Source: Candidatus Saccharimonadota bacterium (GTDB lineage: Bacteria; Patescibacteriota; Saccharimonadia; Saccharimonadales; SZUA-47). Taken from it: DNA of 64,000 nucleotides. Below the pieces are notes generated by a model. That model had not been told where the DNA came from. It was given only the letters and a program-made list of their open reading frames with translations, and made no database searches. Position 1 is the first letter of the stretch; every line of letters starts with the position of its first letter. This document shows, piece by piece, positions 27,421 through 35,918 of the stretch. The DNA lies in assembly GCA_016700315.1 (NCBI GenBank), contig CP065013.1, positions 705,449 through 769,448 on the forward strand, written 5' to 3'. The translations under genes were made by a program, and so were the position numbers.

Positions 27421-29211
27421 ATGACAAACGACTTTGAGCAAGAAACCAGAAAGCGGCTGAGGCGTAAGTTCAGGCTGAAACGTAAACAGTTAAATCGGGT
27501 TGGTCAAGATGCAGGTGCTGGTGTTGATAAGTATGTTTTTGACAAAATCCAAAAAGTCGCTAGCGTAAAGCGCTTTCTCATTAGCTGGCTAGGTCTTTTG
27601 ACCGTCTTGGTTGTCGGCGTAATTTATCAAACAAGTGGCCTAGGACGCTATTACCTACGACAGGGACCAATAGAAGGCGGAACCTATCGCGAGGGCATAG
27701 TAGGAACATTTACAAACGGCAATCCTATCTTTGCGACTGGCACAGTCGACAGCGCTGTAAGTGGTTTAATTTTCAACGGACTACTGACCTATGATTCTTC
27801 CAACAATCTGGTTCCATCCTTGGCACAAGAATGGTCCGTCGACTCTAGTGGAAAAGTCTATACAGTTAAGTTGCGTGACGATGTCAGATGGCATGACGGC
27901 GCAAGTTTTAGTTCCGATGATGTAGTTTACACTTTTCAAACAATCCAAAACCCCGATACTCGTTCGCCTTTACAGCGCAGCTGGCAAGATGTAAAAATTA
28001 GCGCACCCGATAGGTTAACTGTGGAATTTAGTCTTAGCTCTTCACTCGCAGGCTTCGAATATTCATTGACCACGGCAATAGTACCAAAGCACATTCTGTG
28101 GGGGGTGAAGCCTGAGCAGCTAAGGAGCGATGTTTTCAATACGGCACGTTTGGTTGGGACGGGTCCGTTCAAACTTCAGTCGGTAGAGGTTTCGGGTGCA
28201 ACGCCAGAAGATCGCCAAGAAGTGATCAGTATGGACCGTAACGACGAATATTTTAGAGGTAAACCCGGCATAGAACGTTTTGTTGTATTGTCGTTTAGGG
28301 ACTCGGCAGAGTTGACTAAGGCTTTCAAGCAAAAAAGTATAAATGCCGCCGTCGGTATGAGTGAGACTGATGTCGAGGGTGAAGAGAATGTATCAATCTA
28401 TAATATTCCTTTAACCAGTGCGGTGATGACTTTTTTGAATAATTCTTCGCCGATACTTAGCGACGCCAAGGTGCGTCGTGCTCTTAATCAAGCCACCGAC
28501 AAAGATGCGATTTTAAAGGCGATTGGTTACCCTCTAATCAAGGTAGATCAACCGTTTCTGAAAGGCCAACTAGGCTATTCGTCAGAATATGCACAGGCTG
28601 TCTATGACAAAAATGGCGCCGAAAAGCTACTTGACGAGGCTGGCTGGCTAAAAACAGCCTCGGGTATCAGGGAGAAAGACGGCAAAAGTTTGTCCTTACG
28701 CTTATTCTCACAAAGTTTGACCGAATACGCAGTTGTCACCCAAGCCCTGCAAAAGCAGTGGTACGACGTCGGAGTTGCCTTAGATGTTATTTTGCAGCCG
28801 GAACAAGAGCTACAGAGCGGAGCAATCGCACGGCACGATTACGATGTGTTGGTGTATGGAATTACGATAGGCTCGGATTCAGACATTTTTCCGTACTGGC
28901 ACAGTAGTCAGGCCGATCCGCGGTCACAAACACGACTCAATCTCTCGGAATTTAAAAACTCCATAGCTGATAAAGCTCTTGAAGCCGGGCGGACTAGAAT
29001 TGACCCAGCTATTAGAGCGATAAAGTACAAGCCTTTTTCAGAAGCCTGGAACGAGCAAGTCCCGGCAATCGGGCTCTACCAACCACGTTTTTATTACGTT
29101 GTTCATGGTGGTTTAAGTGGTTTTGACCCCAAGCGGATAAACGCTGCGGCCGATCGCTTCCGCAATGTGCGCCTTTGGCGCATCCGTACCGGCCAAAGTG
29201 AGCTAGATTAA
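27421..29211 (+). CDS. ABC transporter substrate-binding protein, family 5 (oligopeptide/dipeptide/nickel type)
   Basis: 596 aa. N-terminal anchor, then family-5 SBP blocks (LLTYD..NNLVPSLA..W..S.DGK.YT..LR..V.WHDG..F...DV..T). Confidence 0.85.
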   Translation: MTNDFEQETRKRLRRKFRLKRKQLNRVGQDAGAGVDKYVFDKIQKVASVKRFLISWLGLLTVLVVGVIYQTSGLGRYYLRQGPIEGGTYREGIVGTFTNGNPIFATGTVDSAVSGLIFNGLLTYDSSNNLVPSLAQEWSVDSSGKVYTVKLRDDVRWHDGASFSSDDVVYTFQTIQNPDTRSPLQRSWQDVKISAPDRLTVEFSLSSSLAGFEYSLTTAIVPKHILWGVKPEQLRSDVFNTARLVGTGPFKLQSVEVSGATPEDRQEVISMDRNDEYFRGKPGIERFVVLSFRDSAELTKAFKQKSINAAVGMSETDVEGEENVSIYNIPLTSAVMTFLNNSSPILSDAKVRRALNQATDKDAILKAIGYPLIKVDQPFLKGQLGYSSEYAQAVYDKNGAEKLLDEAGWLKTASGIREKDGKSLSLRLFSQSLTEYAVVTQALQKQWYDVGVALDVILQPEQELQSGAIARHDYDVLVYGITIGSDSDIFPYWHSSQADPRSQTRLNLSEFKNSIADKALEAGRTRIDPAIRAIKYKPFSEAWNEQVPAIGLYQPRFYYVVHGGLSGFDPKRINAAADRFRNVRLWRIRTGQSELD

Positions 29212-29226
29212 TTTAGACTCAATAAG

Positions 29227-29628
29227 TTGGAGTGGTGGTACTCCTGCTGGCGGAGGTAGACAAAGCGTAGTTTCAGGTGAGAAGCGCCAGGGGCGCTTCG
29301 GAAACCCGCAGTCCAGATTGGCGACTTGTTGACAGTCTGACGAGGGCGGGTCGGGACTCGGCTGAATCCGCCATTAGGCGGATCACCGAGATCGTGACCT
29401 AGTGGGGGCAACCCTGTGGAGGTGAGCCGTGCCAGTGGCACGGCGCAAGGCCGGAAACTGATTTACTGCTTGCAGTAAGTAAGTTGAGGCGGGTGAAAAA
29501 GCTCAATGAACTTTTGCAAGGAAATCTTCTCTTGAAAACTTGTTTTCATAGACGAAGTTTCGGGGCCGCTGTAAGTGGCCGCCGAAAAGGTGGCCAAGTC
29601 CTGACTTGAACCTTATAATATCTAATAT
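29227..29628 (+). ncRNA. candidate structured RNA / decayed tRNA-Leu paralog immediately upstream of tRNA-Leu(CAG)
   Basis: Three collinear blocks are identical to the downstream tRNA (29230-29238, 29255-29262 plus 29268-29278, and 29399-29422). There are at least six perfect 6-8 bp hairpins (for example 29281-29299, 29426-29444, 29577-29595). The only ORF call is a minus-strand one. Confidence 0.4.
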
Positions 29629-29714
29629 GCGCGAGTGGTGGAACGGTAGACACGCTAGTTTCAGGTACTAGTGGGGGCAACCCTGTGGAGGTTCAAGTCC
29701 TCTCTCGCGCACCA
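29629..29714 (+). tRNA. tRNA-Leu (anticodon CAG), CCA encoded
   Basis: Manual cloverleaf: acceptor GCGCGAG/CTCGCGC, anticodon arm CTAGT-TTCAGGT-ACTAG, long variable arm, T arm GGAGG-TTCAAGT-CCTCT, 3' ACCA. Confidence 0.93.
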
Positions 29715-29731
29715 TTTAAACGGAGAAGGTA

Positions 29732-30469
29732 ATGATTTTACAAGGTAAAACGGTTTTGATTACTGGTGCAACAAGTGGGATGGGTAAGGCAATAGCCTTG
29801 GCTATGGCAAATGAAGGCGCAAACGTAGTTATCAACTACACGTCCAATGATACTGCTGCCGAAAAGCTCTCTATTAGCTTAAAGACTAAGTCTAACTGCT
29901 TAACCGTAAAAGCAGACATTTCTAGTGGGAGCGAAGTAACAAAAATGTTTGAAAAAATAAAAAAAGAATTTGGCAAAATCGACATACTTATAAATAACGC
30001 TGGTATTTTTGATTCTCAAGATGGCCCGTTTAATCTAGAAGCTTTTAGGAATACCTTTGAGACGAACTTTTTTGCACAGATTGATGTTACCAGAAAAGCC
30101 AAGGAGATGATGGAGAGTGGGAAGATCATTTTTATCTCTTCAATTCATGCTAAATTGGGCAACGGTAGACCGAGCGCAATTGCCTATTCTGCTTCAAAAG
30201 CGGCGACTGAATCTTACATGAAAAACTTGGCAAAAGAACTTGCTCCTACAATCTTAGTAAACGCGGTAGCTCCTGGCAGAACCCTAACACCAATGTGGGG
30301 CAAACTGTCAGATGCTGAAAAAAATAGTTTAGCGGAAGGTCACCTTACCAAAAAATGGATTACACCTGAGCAAATAGCCGACGCAGTAGTCTTCTTAGCA
30401 AAAAATGACGCAGTCTGCGGTGAAGTGCTTGTTGTGGACGGTGGTATGAGTTTAAAAACTTTAGGTTAA
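29732..30469 (+). CDS. short-chain dehydrogenase/reductase (FabG-like)
   Basis: 245 aa. TGATSGMGKA cofactor motif, NNAG, catalytic S...YSASK. Confidence 0.9.
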   Translation: MILQGKTVLITGATSGMGKAIALAMANEGANVVINYTSNDTAAEKLSISLKTKSNCLTVKADISSGSEVTKMFEKIKKEFGKIDILINNAGIFDSQDGPFNLEAFRNTFETNFFAQIDVTRKAKEMMESGKIIFISSIHAKLGNGRPSAIAYSASKAATESYMKNLAKELAPTILVNAVAPGRTLTPMWGKLSDAEKNSLAEGHLTKKWITPEQIADAVVFLAKNDAVCGEVLVVDGGMSLKTLG

Positions 30470-30601
30470 AGCCATTCTTCAAGATAACTACATATGCTAT
30501 TATAATCATAAGTATGATAGAGATAAGTTTAGTCTGTGCTTCACATTTTGGTAGAGTCAGTTTTACTGCTGCGAAGCAGGCGGTACAATCCGGAGTTACA
30601 G

Positions 30602-32239
30602 GTGAATAAGGTAGCACATTATCTGCAAGAACACGTAGTCGGTGAAGTCTACGCTTCGCACGATGTGCGCGAGCACTTTTCAACCGACGCCAGTATCTTT
30701 AAGCAAGCTCCTGCGATTGTCGTTTATCCTCGCAGTGAAAATGATGTTCGCAAGGCCGTGCGTTTTAGTTGGCAGCTGGCTGAGCGCGGGCGTGTAATAC
30801 CAATCACGGCACGAGGTTCGGGTACTGACTTGACTGGAGCGGCCATAGGTAGCGGAATTATGTTAGTTTTTCCGGCTCACATGCACAAAATTTTGGAGCT
30901 AGATCCCAAAAACGGACTGGTAGCAGTCCAACCGGGCGCTAATTTCGGAAAGCTTCAACAAACACTCTTTACGCATGGTCGTTTTCTGCCGTCTTTTCCA
31001 GCAAGTGGCGAGTACTCCACAATCGGAGGAGCAGTAGCAAATAATGCTTCTGGGTCTAAGAGTTATAAATACAGCGACACGCTCGAATATGTTCGGGGTC
31101 TAAGGGTTGTGCTGGCTAACGGTGAACTGATTGAGACAGGTAAGCTCAATAAGCGAGAGCTCAAAGCCAAGCTAGGTTTATCTGGAATGGAAGGCGAAAT
31201 ATATCGTCAGCTTGACAGCTTACTTGAAGAATACAAAGAGACGATCAAGAACTATTCTCCGCAAGCCAAAACTAATATTGGGTATAACGTATCGGCTGTA
31301 CGTAGCAAGGACGGAAGCTTTAATCTTACGCCGCTATTGGTTGGTAGTCAGGGGTCGCTTGGAGTTATTACGGAAGTTGTACTAGATACGGAGACACATA
31401 ATCCCGAGACATCTTTGGTCATGGCTGGTTTTGATAGTATCGAAGCTTGTTTGCAGGCGATCGATGAAATCAAAAAGATGAAATTTGGCCCAAGTGAGTT
31501 AGACTTTGTTGATCGTAATCTGCTAGAGTTCGCACTAGCTACAAACCCACATGTCTTGAAAGGTTATTTCAATGAGGCGATGCCAGATATACTATTGTTT
31601 GCCGAATTTGATGACGAGAGCATTCGCCTGCAGCGTAAAGTTGTGAAGAAGTTCAATAAAATCGTCGAAAAGTACGGCCAGATTGTGCTTGAAAGCAAAC
31701 AAGAAGAGTATATCGACAGGGTCAGAGCTGTGCGTGATACCGCAGCCGGACTGTTGTCACACAGCGAGAGCTCTTACCGCGCCGTGCCTGTTATAGACGA
31801 TGCGGCTGTACCTCCAGAAAAGCTTGGTGCGCTAATTGGCGAAATAAGAGCACTCATGCAGCGCTATAATCAGAAACAATACGGTATTTGGGGCCATGCC
31901 GGCAGTTCTATTGTCCATGCCGCTCCGTTTTTGGATCTATCTCTAGTTGGCGACCGTCAAAAAGTCTTCAAAATGCTCAAAGAATACTACGAGATAGTCA
32001 TGAAACTTGGTGGGTCACTGAGTGGTGAGCATGGTGACGGGCGTTTACGAGGGCATCTGCTACCAATGCAGCTGGACTCCTCCATGATCGAACTCTGTAC
32101 AAAAGTGAAGAAAATTTTTGACCCGCATGGTATTTTTAATCCTGGTGTAAAATTCGATGCCACAGAAGAACAGTCCAAAGCTTGGATGCGGAACGAATAT
32201 TCAATTCGCAAATTCGCCGACCACATGCCCAGGAGCTAA
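30602..32239 (+). CDS. FAD-linked oxidase (GlcD / D-lactate dehydrogenase family)
   Basis: FAD-binding PCMH-type domain (PRSENDV...ITARGSGTDLTGAA) and a C-terminal FAD-oxidase domain (GSLSGEHGDGRLR). The start is uncertain: GTG at 30602 is preferred over the ORF-track start at 30536. Confidence 0.85.
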   Translation: MNKVAHYLQEHVVGEVYASHDVREHFSTDASIFKQAPAIVVYPRSENDVRKAVRFSWQLAERGRVIPITARGSGTDLTGAAIGSGIMLVFPAHMHKILELDPKNGLVAVQPGANFGKLQQTLFTHGRFLPSFPASGEYSTIGGAVANNASGSKSYKYSDTLEYVRGLRVVLANGELIETGKLNKRELKAKLGLSGMEGEIYRQLDSLLEEYKETIKNYSPQAKTNIGYNVSAVRSKDGSFNLTPLLVGSQGSLGVITEVVLDTETHNPETSLVMAGFDSIEACLQAIDEIKKMKFGPSELDFVDRNLLEFALATNPHVLKGYFNEAMPDILLFAEFDDESIRLQRKVVKKFNKIVEKYGQIVLESKQEEYIDRVRAVRDTAAGLLSHSESSYRAVPVIDDAAVPPEKLGALIGEIRALMQRYNQKQYGIWGHAGSSIVHAAPFLDLSLVGDRQKVFKMLKEYYEIVMKLGGSLSGEHGDGRLRGHLLPMQLDSSMIELCTKVKKIFDPHGIFNPGVKFDATEEQSKAWMRNEYSIRKFADHMPRS

Positions 32240-32369
32240 GCTCTAGACCTCTGACCGTAGTCCTTAGGCCCTAGTATGCTGTTAGTTAATTAGTATTTTT
32301 TGTAGCTAGACAATAAACATTTTAGACACCACAAGCAGCGTGCTATGGTCTAAGGGCTAAAGACTAGTG

Positions 32370-33134
32370 TTACTTAAGTCCGTCTTTGGACATGAACTTT
32401 TTCATAGCATCCACGGTGTCCATAAATTGGGCAGGGAAGATGATTGTGCTGTTTTTTTCGACTGCTATCTCACTCATAACCTGTAGGTTTCTGAGCTGGA
32501 GTGCGATTGGGTGGGCCGCAATGATATCGGCAGCTTCCCCAAGTTTGGCGGCAGACTGGGCTTCACCCTCGGCGGCAATAATTTTGGCTCGTTTCTCACG
32601 CTCGGCTTCGGCTTGCTTGGCCATAGCGCGCTGCATAGTTTCGGGAAGGCGTATGTCTTTTAACTCAACTGTACTGACATATATACCCCACTTCTCGGTA
32701 GCGGTGTCGAGAATCGCTTTGATCTTTTCGTTGATAGTAGAAGTTTCACTGAGCACTTGGTCGAGAGCACACTGGCCGATAACATTTCGAACAGTAGTTT
32801 GGGCAATTTGGTAGGTCGCAGATACAACGTTACTAATTTCGACGAGCGACTTGGTGGCATCTACAACCTGGTAATATGCAACCGCTGCTACGTCGATGCT
32901 GACGTTGTCCTTCGTAATAATCTGCTGACTATCTACAGGTAAAGTAATGATACGCATGTCGACCTTTTTCATCTGGTCGATAAAAGGGATGATAACCCTG
33001 AGCCCCGCCTCTTTTGGGGTGGGCTGTACCCGTCCCAGGCGAAAAACCACACCTCTTTCAAACTGGTTGACTAGCCTAAGCCCCATAAGCACCGCGATAA
33101 CAAATAGCGCTATCAGAAACCACACAAAACCCAT
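32370..33134 (-). CDS. SPFH/band 7 (stomatin-like) membrane protein
   Basis: 254 aa. N-terminal TM segment, then the SPFH core (...TKDNV.I.VDAV.YYQV.D...) and an Ala/Glu-rich coiled coil ([17 protein letters not shown]). Confidence 0.9.
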   Translation of the reverse strand: MGFVWFLIALFVIAVLMGLRLVNQFERGVVFRLGRVQPTPKEAGLRVIIPFIDQMKKVDMRIITLPVDSQQIITKDNVSIDVAAVAYYQVVDATKSLVEISNVVSATYQIAQTTVRNVIGQCALDQVLSETSTINEKIKAILDTATEKWGIYVSTVELKDIRLPETMQRAMAKQAEAEREKRAKIIAAEGEAQSAAKLGEAADIIAAHPIALQLRNLQVMSEIAVEKNSTIIFPAQFMDTVDAMKKFMSKDGLK

Positions 33135-33182
33135 AACCCCTCCTTATTCATACTGATATTGTAACCCTATTCTGGCCTACCA

Positions 33183-33563
33183 TCAATGAAACCGCAGATA
33201 CGTGTTGTAATTTTGCGTAAGTCTATAAGAGAGCCAAACATCTTTCGGTAATACGAAAGCACCTAATAAATGTGCCAAATCTACTTCAGCTCTAGCGCCA
33301 CGACTTTCGGTCCAACCATCAAGCACGGCAATTCCTTGAGCGCCTAAAACCCCTGGAAAGTCGGCGCGCATATAGTCAGCCCAACCCCAATCCTGCTCTC
33401 CTTTTACTTCGTGTGGGCTAAAAACTTTATAGCCAGCACCTCTGAGTTGTGTAGCACCTGCCTCGAAAGCACTAAAATTATGCTTCGGGTATCCTGTCAT
33501 TGGTCCTGATAGATACAAATTTTCCACCTCATTAACGTTTTTTGGAATAATAATACGCTCCAT
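33183..33563 (-). CDS. DUF4406 / nucleoside 2-deoxyribosyltransferase-like protein
   Basis: 126 aa. LYLSGPMTGYPKHNFSAFEAGATQLRGAGYKVFSPHE...LDGWTESRGARAE pattern. This family is common in phage and mobile contexts. Confidence 0.65.
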   Translation of the reverse strand: MERIIIPKNVNEVENLYLSGPMTGYPKHNFSAFEAGATQLRGAGYKVFSPHEVKGEQDWGWADYMRADFPGVLGAQGIAVLDGWTESRGARAEVDLAHLLGAFVLPKDVWLSYRLTQNYNTYLRFH

Positions 33564-33722
33564 GGTTTCCCTTTCTACACTTTATATACACAAATAATAT
33601 AGCATCAATATCTTTGAGAGAAATAATAATCAATCTTTTGGATGTCTATTGTATGGATGTTTTAGGCAAAGACGGCTATGTTTTTTCAAGGCCAGTGCTA
33701 CAAAATATCAAAACGCCCAAAA

Positions 33723-33839
33723 GTCCCCAAACAATTCCAATTGTTTGGGGTAGCTGAGGAACAAGACAAGACCCCGTCTATTTATTTGCCACTTGCTAGC
33801 ATAAAAATAGACGGGGTTGAACTTAGTTCGGACGTGGTG
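33723..33839 (+). repeat. 117-bp repeat, copy X (two hairpins)
   Basis: CCCCAAACAAT-TCCA-ATTGTTTGGGG and ACCCCGTCTATTT...AAATAGACGGGGT. About 92% identical (9 mismatches by eye) to 37078-37194, in the same orientation. Confidence 0.85.
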
Positions 33840-34019
33840 CACCTGAAGACAGATGTCTTGAACCTTTTGACAATATAAGTGATTGGCTACTGAGTAGTCC
33901 AGATATAGACTGGAATTTACAGCTCAGGAATGCTTCTCTATCACGGTTCGTGCCACAGTATCAGCTCTGATATTAGTGTGTTATTACTCTCGCTAGAAGT
34001 CGTTTGAACCTTAGCAATA

Positions 34020-34739
34020 CTAGGGTTGCTCAACAGTAACTGGTATCCACTGTGCCATGCCAGCTTCAAGAACGTATTCTTCGCCCAGACTACGGGTAGC
34101 AAGTGAACGATGCCTACCATTCTGGATTGACCAATCTCCTGCTATCTCCAAATGGTCAGGAGCCCTATGACCAGAGTCAATTCCAAGCCCTGCGAACTCT
34201 GCATGATAGGCAACTGGATCAGCCATTATTCTTGCAACACCGTGTATCCACTCGCTGATATGCTTTCCGCCAGTGCGTGATTGTACATTAGCCCAATCCG
34301 TATGACTGTATCGAGCAACTCCCGCAAGGTCGGCTCTGCCTTCAACAGCATAGTCGAATGCAGTAGGGTTACCATGCCTTTGTTGTTCGGTAATAAGCTC
34401 TTTAATTCGAGATTTGAAGAAGCCGACTTCTGGGACTTCAATTCTTGGCTTAGGATGTTGTGTCCTATCTGTAAGACCAGCTTTCATATCCTCAAGTTGG
34501 GTGAACGAATCAGGGCTTTCAGGGTCTAAACCAAGCTGCTGCATAAGCTTTTGCAGGTGACCACGCCTTACAGCTTTAATTGTGAAGTCGGCATTTGCAC
34601 TAGCCTCAACTAGCCAAGACATTATTTCTTGTATCTTTACATAGACGCCAAGAAATTCAAGTAGTCCGTCTACTTCAGGGTCACGTCTTATTTCAGCAGC
34701 GTAATTGCCACCACCACTAAATCCTTCGGGGCTTCCCAT
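34020..34739 (-). CDS. hypothetical protein with a ParB/sulfiredoxin-like C-terminal motif
   Basis: 239 aa. DWSIQNGRHRSLATRSLG resembles the (D/N)G.HR..A core of ParB-like nuclease domains. The rest is unassigned. Confidence 0.5.
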   Translation of the reverse strand: MGSPEGFSGGGNYAAEIRRDPEVDGLLEFLGVYVKIQEIMSWLVEASANADFTIKAVRRGHLQKLMQQLGLDPESPDSFTQLEDMKAGLTDRTQHPKPRIEVPEVGFFKSRIKELITEQQRHGNPTAFDYAVEGRADLAGVARYSHTDWANVQSRTGGKHISEWIHGVARIMADPVAYHAEFAGLGIDSGHRAPDHLEIAGDWSIQNGRHRSLATRSLGEEYVLEAGMAQWIPVTVEQP

Positions 34740-34786
34740 ATGGCACTATTCTATCATATAATTGCTAATAATGCAATAGCTTTGTT

Positions 34787-34814
34787 GTGTCGCACAATAA
34801 GTATTGTGCGACAC
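34787..34814. repeat. perfect 12-bp-arm palindrome GTGTCGCACAAT-AAGT-ATTGTGCGACAC
   Basis: Read directly. It lies 15 bp outside the left IS30 terminal repeat. Confidence 0.9.
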
Positions 34815-34828
34815 GCTCCAGGCTCGTT

Positions 34829-35837
34829 TGAAGTAGGACACTAAACCTAACGAAGGTTTGGTGTCAGTGAAGAGATCAAAAGATAATGATCAGATGGGAA
34901 AGCACTATGATCATTTAAGCTATGAAGATCGAGTCAAGATTGAACATTGGCACAAAAGCGGAAAGAGTATCCGGTTCATAGCACGTGAGCTGGGGCGAAG
35001 CCCCAATACCATCAGCTATGAACTAAATAACCTTCGGGTGTCTGGTGAATACGTTGCCAAGAAAGCTAAGGTGAAAGCATACCAAAAACGTAGGCTGGCT
35101 CGAACTTGGAGTAACAAAGTTGCCAGAGACAAAGACCTGCGAACCTATGTTGACGATAAACTGGATCTCGGCTGGTCACCCAAAGTCATAGCCGGTCGCA
35201 CTCAAGCCGATCTCAACATTGCTGTGTCGAAGGATGCGGTCTACCGCTATGTACGTCTGTACGCCCTTCACCACAAGCTGCACTTCAAAGGTAAGCCAAA
35301 GAGACGGAAGACAATGTATCGTCGCTCACTGATTGGTGACCGGAAATGGATCGAAGAACGTATCCTACGTGATGAGATCGGTCACTACGAGCTCGACTTC
35401 ATTGTCAGCAGGCACAGTAGAGCTGTGTTGTTGGTTGCTGTAGATACGCTGAGCAAAAAGACACTCATCGAGCTTCTACCCAACAGAACGAAGAAAGAGG
35501 TGTCAAAGGCTCTGAGAGTGATGTTTGACGGTTGCACCGTTAAAACCATCCTGACCGACAATGACATTGCTTTCAAGCAGTGGCAGGAGTTTGAGAGACT
35601 ATTGCATGCCCCAATCTACTTCTGTCACCCATACCACTCGTGGGAGAAAGGTCTAGTTGAGAACGCCAACAAGTGGATACGGCACTTCATACCGAAGAAA
35701 ACAGACCTACAATTCGTTACTAAAGAAAAAATACACGAGTGCCTCGTGTATTTAAATGATCGTCCAAGAGAAGTGCTTCAGTTCAGAACTGCCAATGAAG
35801 TATACTGGGAGAAATTAACTTGAAGTGTCCTACTTCA
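34829..35837 (+). mobile_element. IS30-family insertion sequence (about 1.0 kb)
   Basis: 14-bp terminal inverted repeats TGAAGTAGGACACT (34829-34842) and AGTGTCCTACTTCA (35824-35837) enclose a single IS30-type transposase ORF. Confidence 0.8.
34858..35823 (+). CDS. IS30 family transposase
   Basis: 321 aa. N-terminal HTH (LSYEDRVKIEHWHKSGKSIRFIARELGRSPNTISYEL) and a DDE core (...DFIVS..., LTDNDIAF, HSWEKGLVENANKWIR). The start codon is uncertain. Confidence 0.9.
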   Translation: MVSVKRSKDNDQMGKHYDHLSYEDRVKIEHWHKSGKSIRFIARELGRSPNTISYELNNLRVSGEYVAKKAKVKAYQKRRLARTWSNKVARDKDLRTYVDDKLDLGWSPKVIAGRTQADLNIAVSKDAVYRYVRLYALHHKLHFKGKPKRRKTMYRRSLIGDRKWIEERILRDEIGHYELDFIVSRHSRAVLLVAVDTLSKKTLIELLPNRTKKEVSKALRVMFDGCTVKTILTDNDIAFKQWQEFERLLHAPIYFCHPYHSWEKGLVENANKWIRHFIPKKTDLQFVTKEKIHECLVYLNDRPREVLQFRTANEVYWEKLT

Positions 35838-35918
35838 GTGCCGACTGTACGAGAGAATTCTTAAACAACCAAAATAATAAAATTGTAATATTTCAATAAT
35901 AAGTGTATAGTAATATTA

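Noticed and set aside
29335-29375. Hammerhead ribozyme core, because CTGACGAG occurs at 29337-29344.
   Set aside because: The helix II hairpin is not followed by the required GAAA, and no compatible stems I and III or cleavage triplet are present.
29208-29441. 77-aa minus-strand ORF from the ORF track.
   Set aside because: It lies entirely within the hairpin-dense, tRNA-like region, has no Shine-Dalgarno sequence and gives a low-complexity Pro/Gly/Arg translation typical of a GC-rich non-coding strand.
29227-29628. RNase P RNA. The strings GCAAGGCC, GGCACGG and GGAAACCC resemble pieces of bacterial type A RNase P.
   Set aside because: The universally conserved GAGGAAAGUCC (CR-I) and ACAGAA(C/A)CCGGCUUA (CR-V) elements, and a P4 pairing, are absent on either strand. 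The resemblance is limited to short GC strings.
29227-29628. tmRNA, or a group I intron interrupting a second tRNA-Leu.
   Set aside because: There is no GGGG...UUCGAC 5' end, no alanine-type acceptor/T-arm 3' end and no tag reading frame. For an intron there is no P1 pairing with the putative 5' exon, no recognisable P/Q/R/S core, no downstream T arm or acceptor, and the would-be spliced anticodon stem does not pair. An Rfam scan is still needed to be sure.
33678-33878. 66-aa plus-strand ORF.
   Set aside because: It is made almost entirely of repeat X (hairpin sequence). The corresponding frame is not maintained in copy Y.
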